Source of the DNA: a virus
Virus record (IMG/VR): IMGVR_UViG_3300036770_001342
Coordinates: 1-64,000 of that record
DNA length: 64,000 nucleotides
Strand: one strand, 5' to 3'
Part shown: positions 47,034 through 60,700 of the stretch, piece by piece
Layout: every line of letters starts with the position of its first letter
Position numbering within the stretch: position 1 is the first letter of the stretch
Translations under genes and position numbers: made by a program
Notes under the pieces: generated by a model
The model's database searches: none
Told to the model about the DNA's origin: nothing
What the model saw: the letters and a program-made list of their open reading frames with translations, nothing else

Positions 47034-47978
47034 TTATCTTATAGTTACAATCGCCTGGACTACACCCATTTCTGCATCTGTTTTAGTTTCTAATGCGCGA
47101 CCTATAGTATTAAACGCTGTGGCCTCGCCGTCTTTTGCTGCTCTAGCACAGCCATTGCCTGCGCTAACTAAACGCTGACCTTTTACTACTGGACCTACAA
47201 CATTAACATTGACGCGACCAGATACAGCAACCGGCGGGTGAGTATTATCGTCACCTGCACCTGCGTTCATTAGATATCCTGCTGTATGTGATATAACGCC
47301 GAAAATATCTTCGCTTAATTCATATTTGACCGCAGTAATTTCTTTACTACCGCCCAATTGGACAACTGTACCTGCATCATATGTTTGATCTGCTTCAAAA
47401 CGTTCAGCAAGGTCAGCATAAGTTGATTGCAATCTTGATCCTGCAGTTAATGTCCAGTTACCAGTAAGCGAACCTGCAGTACCTGCAGATCCTGTAGTGA
47501 TAACTTGTGTAGTAAGATTGCCTATGTTAGCATTTGTGATATTAGCAGTCTGTATGGTTGCAGTACCTGCGATGCTAATTGTCTGACATGCAATATTAGG
47601 AACTGATAAGTTATTCGTAATAATTGCATTGTTTGCGCTAATCGTACCGATGACCGTTACGCCACCGAATGTCGTGTTACCGCTAGCACTAGTAGTTGCT
47701 AATGATAACCAATTAGCAGCAATTGCTTCACCATCTTCCGGGCAAACATATAACGTTGAATTATTAGTGTTGTACCACAATTGACCGCGCAACGGGTTAG
47801 CAGGAGGTTCGGTACTTGCAAAATTTTCTGTTAGATGTACAAAGTTCGTGTCTAAAACTTGTCCATAACCAGCGTAGTTTCTACCAGGTAGCCCTAATGA
47901 GGTACTATCTGTGTTAATTTGACCGTCAGCGATAGTTGTTAATACTTGTCCATCGCTTTTTACAATCGTATATGCCAT
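47034..47978 (-). CDS. Tail fibre/baseplate-associated protein with C-terminal YADLAE..GRV chaperone-like domain
   Basis: GRNYAGYG..NFVHLTENFA..P.NPLRGQLWY; YADLAERF; late promoter at 48000-48005. Confidence 0.7.
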   Translation of the reverse strand: MAYTIVKSDGQVLTTIADGQINTDSTSLGLPGRNYAGYGQVLDTNFVHLTENFASTEPPANPLRGQLWYNTNNSTLYVCPEDGEAIAANWLSLATTSASGNTTFGGVTVIGTISANNAIITNNLSVPNIACQTISIAGTATIQTANITNANIGNLTTQVITTGSAGTAGSLTGNWTLTAGSRLQSTYADLAERFEADQTYDAGTVVQLGGSKEITAVKYELSEDIFGVISHTAGYLMNAGAGDDNTHPPVAVSGRVNVNVVGPVVKGQRLVSAGNGCARAAKDGEATAFNTIGRALETKTDAEMGVVQAIVTIR

Positions 47979-48008
47979 ATCTAATAAACTCCGCTTTTGT
48001 ATTTATCT

Positions 48009-48623
48009 CTATATAGTTAATAGGTTTGTGAGACTCTGTATTCTCACTGTATAATCTATCTGTATCTGACGATTTAGTGACTTTTGTACAGGGTGGAATA
48101 TAACATGAGTCAATAGTCTAGTTATAACATTACCCTCGTTGTCGGTTCCGTAATTGGCTAGTAGTCCTAATTCATCAAATATATAATCTGAATCTGTTTG
48201 TGTACTATTGTCGAAGGCGCCCTGTCCTGCAGGTTCACCGTAATCTAATAAACAAGATACTAAAATGTCGCTATACAATTTACCAGAAGTATGATTTACT
48301 GTCATTTTGTTGCGTGTCGGGTCTAGATTAAACACGCTGGTATCGTCAACAATTTTAGCATATGTTTCGTTGTATAAAGCAGCATTTTGACCTGTAGTGT
48401 TGGGTGGCAAATAAGTAATAATACCGGTTTCGTCTACTGACGCTCCACCATTACCAAATGCCATTTGATATATTTCGCCATATCCACGATTACTTAATGT
48501 GTCGGCTAATGCTTCACTCATGTTTTCGTAGTTGATAGCATTTTTCTTATCTACGAAAACTTCTAAAGAGTTAGGGTCGTAGATTTTTAAAAATCCTTCA
48601 ATTTTATAGGATACAGTTATCAT
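48009..48623 (-). CDS. Putative baseplate/tail structural protein
   Basis: MAFGNGG, FDELGL, THVIFHPVQKS..IDYTVR; structural neighbourhood. Confidence 0.65.
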   Translation of the reverse strand: MITVSYKIEGFLKIYDPNSLEVFVDKKNAINYENMSEALADTLSNRGYGEIYQMAFGNGGASVDETGIITYLPPNTTGQNAALYNETYAKIVDDTSVFNLDPTRNKMTVNHTSGKLYSDILVSCLLDYGEPAGQGAFDNSTQTDSDYIFDELGLLANYGTDNEGNVITRLLTHVIFHPVQKSLNRQIQIDYTVRIQSLTNLLTI

Positions 48624-48787
48624 TAATCGTCGGCCCTCTTTTGCACAAATATCTCTTTGGTATTAGGATCGTAAATTTTGACATGTGAGGAGAAATACAC
48701 ACCGCTTTTTTCATCAGGTTTTTTCTCTAATTTTTGCTCTTTTTTGTCGCTAATTTCCGACTTATTCCCTATAGATTTATTTATCAT
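48623..48787 (-). CDS. 54-aa hypothetical protein (not in ORF track)
   Basis: MINKSIG...KPDEKSGVYFSSHVKIYDPNTKEIFVQKRADD; fills the gap and its stop overlaps the next ATG; start uncertain. Confidence 0.6.
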   Translation of the reverse strand: MINKSIGNKSEISDKKEQKLEKKPDEKSGVYFSSHVKIYDPNTKEIFVQKRADD

Positions 48788-48790
48788 AAA

Positions 48791-51700
48791 CTAAACATCC
48801 AATCTTAAGAAGTTAGGTGCTGACCCTTCTGCGATCTGCAAGGGGTCGCCCTGTGTAGTATTATAGATTCCGGGAATCTTATTCCAAGTATCATTATAAT
48901 TTATGTTCGTCATAGTATTCTTATCTAAAAAACTATAAACTTCGGTATATTTTGGAATGTACACTTGTATACCAGAACCGTTGGCCCCGCGCTCTACTTC
49001 CATACTATTGGTAAATTGATCCACACTCAATACACGCATGTATTCACCCTGCATGTATATCAATTTACCCTCATATACAGTAATTGTCAACAAGTCTCCT
49101 TGTTCAATCCAATCTCCTTCCTGTATTCTAATGTATGGTCCTGTTGATCTGACTTCTAATTGTAAGAAATCTTCTTCAATAAGTCCTTCACGTCCTAAGG
49201 TGTTATTATATACACTTACGTCTATGATATCATTTTTATCTGCATTTAATGGTATGTAATAATAACCTGCTTCCTTAATAGGAGCAACATTTGTTTGAAC
49301 ACTCTTGAAAGTTAGATTATTAATATCATTTACATAAACAATGTTTTGATATTCTGTCAATACTTCTGTCAACCAAGTTCTTGAATCGCTGTTTGCTCTG
49401 TAAACAGTACCTTGATTATTTTTATCCACTGTATTTACATACACCATTTCGTTAGGTGTTGCAGAAGGCATCATGCTAGTGATAACAATTTCATCATCTA
49501 TACCGATAGGAGCCAATATACTTACTTCATTTGCTGCGTTCAATCTTAATTCAGAAGATGGTACACGTTTACCATTTACAGTTACCCATAAACGGTCAAC
49601 ATTAGTTTGTTCCCATTGAGTCAATACTATGTTAGTTGACAGTTGAGGTGTGAGTAATATTGGTGCGCCGTTTATTGTTTCGCTGACACTAATCTTGTTA
49701 TTATCATGATCTATACTACTAATGTAATATTTTTCTCCTGCAATAATTTGAGGAATAGAAGTTGAAGTTCCTAATTTAACATTACTTTCTGTAAAGTAAA
49801 CAGGAGTATACAATACTAACGGCAATATATTTTGTACTTCTAGTTCTGTGCTTGTGCAACTTGTAACTCTAGTGGTTTCTAAAATCCAAGTATCAGAAGG
49901 CCATACATAGCCGCCACTAATATAACTGTCGGATATTGTTATAGGATAATTTACAGCATCTACATATGGGCTATAATTCTCTTCTGGATGTTCGGGGAAA
50001 TATTGATATAGATCAAATTGTTCAGAATTGATCACATGTACATAGAACAAATTATTGTTTAATTGTACACTACCCTGAATACCATCTATACGCACTAAGT
50101 CATTTGTTGATAGTAAATGAGGTACAGCAGTTTGAACACGAACTGCTGGTTGACCACCAACTGCTACGTGCATTAATCCACTGTCGTTGACTGTTGGATA
50201 TTCTAAACCATTTTCGTCAATTACTTTGAATCTATTGCCAGAAATAACTTCATGTACCTTATATTCAGTACCGTCTGTATTGACACCGCCAAATCCTTGA
50301 TATACTGGGCTACTACCAGGAATATCAATTTGGAATAATACATTTTGTCCTATAACCATATTTGTTGTGCTATCTGCTATAAAATAGCCCCCTACTGCAC
50401 TTGAAGTTTGAGTGTCTAGTAATGGTTGAGTTATAGTGTTATAAACATTGTTGATAGCAGTAACGTTAATTGGACTTAATTCATATTGAGTGTTTAAATA
50501 CTGTCTTTGTGTATCATTGAATGTAGTTACCGCAATCGTATCATTTACTGTTGGTTCTAATGTATCAAATACTAGTACAGCCTGATTATAGTTAATAGTA
50601 TATTGATCAGGCATTATTCTTAAACCATTCACTTCAACGATAGCGTTTGTATCGTTATCTTCGCCTAAATAATTTGTTAGATAATAACTACCTTTTGTTC
50701 CGTTACCTGCAAATACTTGAGTTTGCGGTAATGTATAACCATATTGTGTAGGTAATGTTTCTCCAAAGAAAGTAAATGAGATATAATCTACAGATGTATC
50801 GTACTCACTAGCGAATACTACCTTGGCAGAAATTTGATTATCTGCTAACATAACTGCATAATCTTCTGTGATGAAGTTTGATTTACCTAATGCATTTGTT
50901 AATGTTACAGCAGGACCTCCTACTGTATCGGATACAGTAAATTGAGTTCCCCCTGATAATACTTCTTTAATGTAATATGTTTTGTGAGGAATTAGTCCGC
51001 CAAATATATTATTATCAAATATAATTTTTTGATTTGGTAATAATCCAACTGTAGAATATGTGATCAAACTATTGTCTGATGCTTTGGATCTAATAACTAA
51101 ATTAGTATCACCGTTAATTAGTTTATTACCATTATAGAATACAGCAGGTGGTGTCCAGTATAAACCAGGACCATTTTGCGCTACTGCAATCATACCAGAT
51201 CCTGTATCAGAAGTTAAATCAAATATAGGACCTGCAATACCTTCATTAATTGAGTCTGAAACTGTTATAGTTTTTTGTACTGAGTCAATAGTTTTGACAT
51301 AATACGGAGTATTTTCATTTAACCCACCAAATACTTCGCCAGTAAAGTAAACGTCATCATTTAAAGTGAATATAGATACGTCATTTACTGTTATAGTGTT
51401 CAATAAACTATCAGTTGCAATTGCTTCTGTAGAAGTAGGATCAGTAGTTGGTCTTATGATTCCGCTACCGTTTAATCTGTCTGCGGTATAGTTACAATTC
51501 AACCAAATTTCTTGGAATCCAGTATTACTATTGTCACGTAATGGATCAATTTGTGTATTTGATTTGACTAATTGATCGCCATTACCGACTTCATATACAT
51601 CCACACGTAATTGCTGTGTTTCAGTAATATTTGTGTTTAAGGTTATAGTTTTATTTACATAGTCTACAACATAATCATTATTTGGATAGATAGCAGTTGA

Positions 51701-54700
51701 TAAACTATTATCTGTGATATAAACAGCAATACTTGATGGGACTTCAACAACATCAGCAAAACTATATTCACCGCTGCTATCATAGTCTAATTCGATACTC
51801 ACTACATTATAACCTACGTGCGCATATTCTGTTGCTGGCCAATTAGTACCCGGACGTGTTGTTACAGTCATTGTTAATTGATCAGTGACTATACCGGGAA
51901 CTAATTCTTCTGGACCATAACCAGACATGAATGGATCACCCTTAATTGTATATGCAGGGTCAGGTATGCTAAACAATTGGGTTCTATCCCATACTATAGG
52001 ATCAGCATTCATATTAGAAGTTTGGAATAATGTATTATTGTTTCCTGCTATAGTCCATTCATTTTTATCACTATTATAATAAATCTTGTTTAAATTTTCT
52101 GTTGTGCCTGTAGTTTTTTCTGTCCATGTCAACCCGTTTACACTAGTAATCAATTTACCATTATTACCAACAATAGCAAATACACCATCACCATATGCTG
52201 AACTATTCCAAGAAGTCGCTGAACCATATGCGCCTTGGAACGCATATCCACCTGGTATACTTCTATACACTACCCCTAAATCTCCTGCTAACACTACGAT
52301 ATTATTACCGAAAGTTACCGATTTTAAAGGTGCAGTTCGTTGTGCAAATGTTGCGCCGGTATTAATAAAGGCCAAAGTCTCTGTCCAAATTTCACCATCA
52401 ATACTTTGTAATACTAACTTATTAGAATTTTTAGTACCTACTGCTATAAATCCAGTAAATGTAGCAGTTTCAACATATGCCACATCGTATATGTATCCGG
52501 TATTACCTGTTGTGAACTTGTAAGTTTCTACCCAATTTACTGCTGAATCGCTAGTGCAAATATTTTGTCCTACGGCTACATATTTTCCGTTACCATATGC
52601 AACATTATTAAATGCTAATTTAGATTGAATTAACAATTTTCTTTCAAATTCTAATTCATTATCTTCTACGCCGAATGGGACAAAGAATCCATTGATTGAC
52701 CATCCATTTGCATCAGTGCTTGTCAATATAGGAGTAGCACTGTTTGTTGATGTCATTACATATAAATCATCTGTTTTAATAATGTCAGTAATGTTTAGAG
52801 GTTTGTTGCTTAATCTACCCAACAACCAGTCATCAGTTACTTCCATATCTTTTGCAATTGCTGTATAATTAGGCAAATTTGCAGGAGAAATATAGTTTAC
52901 ACCGTTCCAGGCTATACCATTGATACTGACATTTTCTGGATAGAAAATTTGATCTTGTAAGATAGTGTCAATGTCATATTGATCGGCAGGATCGAACGCA
53001 TTTCCCTTATATGTAGTATTTGGGTATGTTACTCCGGTAAACAATTGATTTAAATCCGTACCCGGCATATTAATTGTTGGTTGATAGTAACCTTTTACGC
53101 GATCCATTGCGTTTAACCTACGATCACCACTATTCAACTCTTCCCATTTACCGAACACAAACTGATCATCATTGTTGGATACAACACAAATATAAACACG
53201 GTTGTTGTATTTGACAATACTCTGATTGAAATAGAAAGGTTCAGGTAAGAACATAAATGAGCCTGAAGAGGCAACTGTCATAGAACCAGACTCTACAGAA
53301 GTAGTAACCGGCAGTCCACCTGGTTCGTCACTAATAGTTATTGTACTACTTCCCGTATCAATATTTGTTATATAATATGTTTGTCCTAATGTGATATTAC
53401 CGAACACATTTCCTGTAAATACCACCGCACTGTTAAGATTAAATTCAGATACATCATTTAATGTTATGACACCATTAGATGCAACACTTGAAACAGTGGA
53501 TACAGTAGCACCTTGATAGCCTAATGTTAGCCCGCTAACTGGTATCGTCATTCTTGGATCACTGTAGACTTTAAATTGATTTGCAGTAATAACTTTCAAG
53601 TAATAATTGTTTGTAACAGCATTTGGTTTTCCAGAACAAATTACGCTGACAATGTTGCCATTACTTTCAATAGGTAATGACCAACTAAAAGTACCTGGTA
53701 CTATTGCATCTATTTTATTAACTTTAATAGTTAAATCATTTTTAGGAGAAGATCCTCCCAACAAATTACCCGGTATTGTAATAGTATTGTTTGCTGTTAA
53801 TCCTGCTCCCGGATTTGAGATCAATACTTTATATCCACCTAAAATGTAACTTACATCAAATACTGGATCTACTGTAATTTTTTGACTTAATGTTGCTGGA
53901 CCATAATCATCTGATGTTATTGCAACATTTACTTTGACATAATCAGGACCTGTACCTATCATACTACCATTATTAGTAGTCAATGCTATAGTATCGCCTG
54001 TTAAACTATCTTTAATTGTAAATTTAGTAGAATCAATTATATCTTTTACGTAGTATGTTACACCAATTATTATGCTTCCCAATGGATTTCCTGAAAATAC
54101 TATAGGCATATTTTCGTATAAACTACTAGTTGTACCGTCAACTGTGAATGTATTACTTGATGCTGAACTATTAGTAATTGCTATTTTTATTTCATCAATT
54201 TCTTCTATAGTATATGTTGTGCCTGCAATTAGACCACCAATATTTTCATCTACTGTAATTGGCATGCCGATATACATGCCAGTAGTACCACCACTTTTAT
54301 GTGTTAATGTAATTAGGTTAGCAGCGGTGGAAGTATGATCTATCATTCTCTCAATCAAATTACCATAATTTGTTGCTGTAATATTAGTAAATTGATTGCT
54401 TGTTGGATAGAATGTGAACAACTGGCCATCAACTTGGCCAGGACTTGCTGGTAACTGAATATTAACAGTCATATTTCCATTTGCTGTTGTTAATGCAAAA
54501 TTAGTTTCTTGATCCACAAAAAAGCAATAAGTTTGACTATTTGATGTTACAGGTGTTAGGGCAAATGTTGAACCACCTAATGTTTCACTGATTGTTATAA
54601 CATTGACATCAATAGTTTTTACATAATATATGTTACCTTGTTGTATATTTCCCCAACTTGTAACTGGCTCACCTTCAACAGTCATGTTGCTAAAGACGAT

Positions 54701-57700
54701 ACGGTCATTTACATTTAAACTCGTAGTATTTTGAACTATGATTTGATTTGATGCATTGATACTTAATGCTTTAATACGTACAAATTCATCTGTATCACTG
54801 ATTGTAAAATTTTCTTTATCTAATACGGCACTTACGAAATAAACAACGTGTTCTTCAATTCCACCAAACACATTTCCAGTAAAGACGATTGGAATACCTG
54901 TATACAATCCCGTTGTACCGCCAGTGCCTATTTCAGTTAATGGTATAGTTACAACGCTGTTAGTTGAGTTGGTTGCAGTAACATTTCTGATTCCTGGATA
55001 GTATGTAGAAATTATAGCAGTATCAATTACTTGTGCTGTATAGCATTTCAAATTGGTTGCTGATGAACTATCACCTACATTATATACAGGACCGTATTGA
55101 GTTGCACTGATCTTAAATTGTGTTTCATTGATAATTTCATTAACATAATAAGTAGTACCGGGTACAATTAAACTTGTACCGGGTATACCAATAAATTTAA
55201 TTGGCATACCTATTGTGAAACCAATTGTAGAACCGCTTGCATTTTCGGTTATTACATCAACATCTAATGTAATAATATCAGATGAACTAGTATTAGCAAC
55301 CGTACGCTCAAACTCTGACCAATCGATTTCGCGCTCATTATCTACATTTACTATAGGCAATACTAATCCATCATTACTTGCAAGTATTGTATTGATTGGT
55401 GGTAAGGTTGACTGCAAGTCTATGCTTGAACTACTGACATTTTCAGTATTATTATAGGATCCTGCAAAGAATGCGCCATAGAATGAGCCAGGAACCCAAT
55501 CAGTTATTTGACTCTCATAAGTTGTTCTATCAAAACGTAATGTAATATTATTTTCACGTATTGGATAACTTGAACTTACTGCACTTGCTTTTGCACCCAA
55601 TTCAAACTTATGATTTGATCCAGTACCTTGACTATAAATTTCAACTCTGTTTTGATCTCTTAATGCGTCACTATAATTTGCATAAAGAGCCAAAATAGTT
55701 AATGGGCTGTTACTTAGTACGTTAATATAATAATATTGATTGTTTTCTAATCCACCAATATTTTCACCAGTTACATTAACATAACGAACTAAATCGCCTG
55801 TCTGCAATGCTGGTGCATACAATTCTATTGTACTTTCAACTGCTGTTACGTTATCACTAGTAAATGTGAATGTTGCAGCAGGGTCGATAACAATATTTGG
55901 TAATGCTGCATATCCAATACCCGGATTAATTACATTGATTCCTACTACGGAATCTAGACTCATAACTGCTTCTAATACTGCTTCTTCTTTAGGAGCAGGA
56001 TATTTTGTTAAGTCTATTTGAGCCAATACTCTAGGAGGATTGCTATATCCTCTACCACCGTCTAATACTACAACAGGAGGCAAGTCAATGAACACGTTTT
56101 CACCAGGAATGTGATCATATTCTGGTGTGCCATTTAATCCTCTTGTCAGACCAAATAACGTATTTGTATTGGTATCTACTGAACTATAGCCGATAATCTC
56201 AAAGCGGGATGGATTTTCAACGTCTGCTATTTTTATTGTTCCATTAATAGGGAAACCTTGAGCATTATCTACAATTAAGAATGTTGCTCCAATTGGTAAG
56301 TAACTAGCAGTTTCAGTTATTAAATAATTTTCTTGACCTACTAGGCTTACACCGTAGTTGTTTCTCCACTCAGTATATTGTGGTAATTCCCAAACTGCAT
56401 CATCTGGTAAAAACTCATCTTGTTGATTTGGATTACTGTATACAAGTTGAGGAGTTATAAATGATTGTGTAGCAGAGTCATATGCTGCTGGTAGATCAAA
56501 GTCAGTTATATTTCCTTGATAGATATCTTCGCCTGTATATTCAAATAAAAATTCTTTAATTACTACGTGATAAGGTTTAACTTCATTTACATAGCCGGCT
56601 AAAAACTCTTGATTATCAGACTTGAAGTTTTGTAGTGGAACTAATTCACGTATTTTATGTGAAACATCAACGAGTGATGTTTTGTTTAACCACGGCAAAT
56701 AGTTTTGATTTTCAACCGTTTCTGTCTGGATATATTCAAACAATAGAATTAATGATTTGTTACGATAGATTAATAAATCATCGGTATAAATCTGTTCGTT
56801 TAACGCACGAATAATATTGCGTGTTTCTCTACTTGGATATTGATCATATGGGGTAGTGCCATAGAAGTCGTCACCATACCCTGTTTGACCTTCGCTGTAA
56901 TCCCAAAGTTCAGTTTTAAATCTTATAGTACCGTTCTGTAAACCAATTCTAGTCCAAACATTGTTTTCATCTAAGCGATAATATTCTGTAAATCCCTGAC
57001 TGTTTTGATTTACTGCTACAATTGTTCCTGTTGCTACAGTTAATGTAGAAAGATCGGCATAAAATTCAACTTGTATTGCCGCTTTAGTATTATCATTATA
57101 GCCCGGTGACCACCAATTTACACGTTCCCAATATAAAGTAGTGTCATAGTAATCTCCCTTTTCATTTAAGAATGAGATTAAAGGTCTTATTTCAGTGATA
57201 GGGAATAAACTTAATACTGTATTGGCATATTGCAAATAGTTTTGTAATGCGGTATAACGATCATAGAAGAAACTTTGACGTGGGCGCGCCAATACACCAG
57301 TTTGTACTAATTTTGGTAAGAATGGATCAGGTAATACACCACCTTCTTCATCTACCCCTGCTAGGCTATCTAATAGTCTGTCATACAGCCCTCTTGGTTC
57401 AAAAATACCTTGAGTTGGATTTACAAATCCTGGCAAGAAATCGCTTGCAAAATCCTCACGTATTAATTGATAAGACTGATGGCTAGGATCGTCATTTTGA
57501 CCATTGCTATAACCTATATGTAAAACACTTTCTTGTGCATTAATATACTGCTGACTGTTATACAATGCAAATACATTAGTATCAACAGGAGCAAAGTATG
57601 TAATACCGGAACTGATAGGGCTAGCAATATAAGCAGCAATATTAACATCTGCTAAAGTTTTATTACCTAATACTAAACCACTATTACGTACCCAAAAATA

Positions 57701-60700
57701 GTATATAGGTTGTATAGTGTTAGAACTATTAATTATTGTTTGTACAGTATAACTATTAACATCTCTAGGTGTGCCGGGACCTTGATATTCAGTTGGTAAT
57801 ACATTACTACCTACCCATGTATAAACAGCAACATCACTTCCCGGGAATAACGTACCCCAATATTTTGAATTGTAAACATTATCATTTTGATGATAATTTA
57901 CAAATCTCATATTAGTTGTGTCTAACCATATTGTACCTGTTTGTTCTGCGCCCCAAACAAAACCACTTTGTGTATTAGTTTCGTTATTGTATGTTGCTGG
58001 ATCAATATTAGATATTGTATCAATATTTTGTCTTATAGCACCTAATAGTTTACCTTGCAATGGATCAAAATAATCCATATTAATCAATGTTTGATTATTT
58101 TCAGTATTGTAGATTTGAATGTTTTGAATTCTATCAATATCAACAATAGGGTTAGTTTGTCTATATACTGACCAGTTAGGTATACCTAATTCATTAATGT
58201 ATACAATTACTTGACCATCTATGTCGTCTGGACGATAATTTGGTGTACCGATTATAACTTTGTTTTCGTTGAAATCTAACACTCTGCCATAATATGGTTG
58301 TGAGCCGTATACTTGATCTTTTGCGTTTACGCTTTGAGCGTAAGTATACGCTCCTATGTTATTTAAATTCTCTTCGTAATTTGCAAGATAATCATACATG
58401 TATACTGCGCCAGCATTTGGGTATGAATCAACAAATTGAGTAGCATTATTATCAAATACTAAATCGTTTGAATAATCATCGTCATCAACAAAATCAAATG
58501 TTGTTTGAGCATATCTAGTTCCGCTTGGTGCACTAATTACAACAGAATTACTTTCGTTAAATGCAACAGCATAACCAAATTGTGTTGGACCTGTTAAATG
58601 AGGGCACTGTAACACTTGAGTTTGAGTATATAATGTTAAACCCAATTCTGTAAATGTTGTTAGATCAGTGGCGCTTAATAATAATTTTTCATTTAAAGTT
58701 GCTAAATTTTGATCTATTACAGAAATAATTAGTTTACCATTTGAAGATACTGCTTCAATATTAGTAATTTTTGCTTGATTAATTGTAAGTGCTGCCAAAT
58801 CACTATCGCCGGCTGGTAAAGTTACAAGATAACCATTAATTAATAAGTCTCTACTAGTTGTCAAATTTACATTTTCTGTACCAACTACTATACCAAAACG
58901 TGCACCTGCATTAGTAAATCTATATGCAGCACCTTCTTCATTTGTGCTGTTAAGAGCAAAAGGTGCACCTACTATAATTTCATTACCGAATTTATTTGTA
59001 TCTAATCCAGTACCAAACATAACTCCTATTCTTGGATTAGTTTCCGTTGTAAGAACTTGTGCGAGGTTAAAGTTGCAACTATTAATTTCTAATATATCAC
59101 CTGCCTTTAATGTGCCGGTGTAACTTAAACTTGTTCCTACAATTGTATATTCTGTATTACTTACGATTCTACCATTGCGATAAATGATTGGATCTTGACT
59201 TCCAGTTGGTGTAAATGCAAGTGTAAACGTTGATGGAGTTGAAGTTGAGTTTTCTTGAACTTCAAAATTTTGAATCATTCTATTGAATACGTAGGCTCTG
59301 CCCCAATTTTCTGTGTTGACATCGTAATCGTACTCGGGTGATCCAACTACTACAACATTTCCGTAATAATTAGTTGCAATTACAGAACCAAACTTGTCTG
59401 GGGTAATTTCGGGACTTTCAATTGTAGTTACGAACTCATAATCAATATTAGTTGCAGTTCCCGTGCCTGTTGCAGCAATGCCGTTATATACAAAATATAT
59501 ACCAACTTTGTTTTCTACTGCACCTAATGCTGTAAAGTCTGTTGTTCCTAATGCGGTAATTTGATAAGTTAGGCCTGTCGTTAATGCGTCTGCATTTACA
59601 ATAGAATTATTTCTACGATATGCATGTACTTTATTTCTTATGTTTAATGGATTTGTGTCGTAATCGCTAACGTACAACCAGTTAGCGTCACCTGACATTG
59701 CCAATCCAGTACCAAAATTAGTTGAACCAGCCGGTGCTGATAATACTGTGCCAAAAATTTCAATGTCATCTGTAATTGTAGTATCATTTACATAATAGAA
59801 ATAAATTGTTGGATCAACTGTTGCTTGCGAAATAGCATAAACATTTTGAGCATAAGCAATATTTGTACCAAAACTTACATCATTTGTAATTGTTTGATCT
59901 TGCTCATAAACTTTATTCAATGCATCATACTGGAATCTATAAACATTGCCTGTGCCTGCATCACCAAACAAGTAATCACCTTTGCTTGTAAATGCAACGG
60001 AAGAACCAAATGTTACGCTATTTTCAATAGAAAAATCTGCATCGTATTTGTAATTAATACCCTTACGATATACTGCCCATCCGCCATCATTATTGAGATC
60101 AACCCATGCTGTATTTTGAACAAATTCTTTAGATAATAAATTTAAATTTTGAATATCGCTAGGTTGATTTACACGCTGTGAACTAAAGTTATAGGCAATA
60201 CCTTGTCCTGTAACTGTTCTTACACTATTACTTAATACTAATGGTACAATAACTTGATATGGATTTACAATTTGAGTAGCAACATAATATCCATTAACAC
60301 TATTGTCAAAGTTTATAATAGCAAAAATATCAAATTGATTTAAGTTATGCGGTCTATCAAATACAATAGTAGTAGTACCGTTTAAATTTGCATTTGCTTC
60401 TATGACTTGAGCAATTACATTAGGAGTCATTACCTGCCATTTTGCTAGATAATTTGCTATCCAAACATAATCACCTACGTAAAAATCATTAATAGGAACA
60501 ATAATGCCGTTTTGATTTACCCCTACTGATAATTGCTCAAAGAAGTAAGCACTCATTTTTACATCGTTGAAATTTACATATCCTGCATCCGGAAATACAG
60601 TGCTAGGAGTATATTGACTAATAGTTGGTAAAACATTTGAATTGTTAACTGGTTGTCCGTAATTTGTTAAACTATATAATGGGACTACTTGTTGTGCTCC

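Noticed and set aside
48965-60136. Short + strand ORFs within the giant gene
   Set aside because: Antisense shadows with no RBS or motifs
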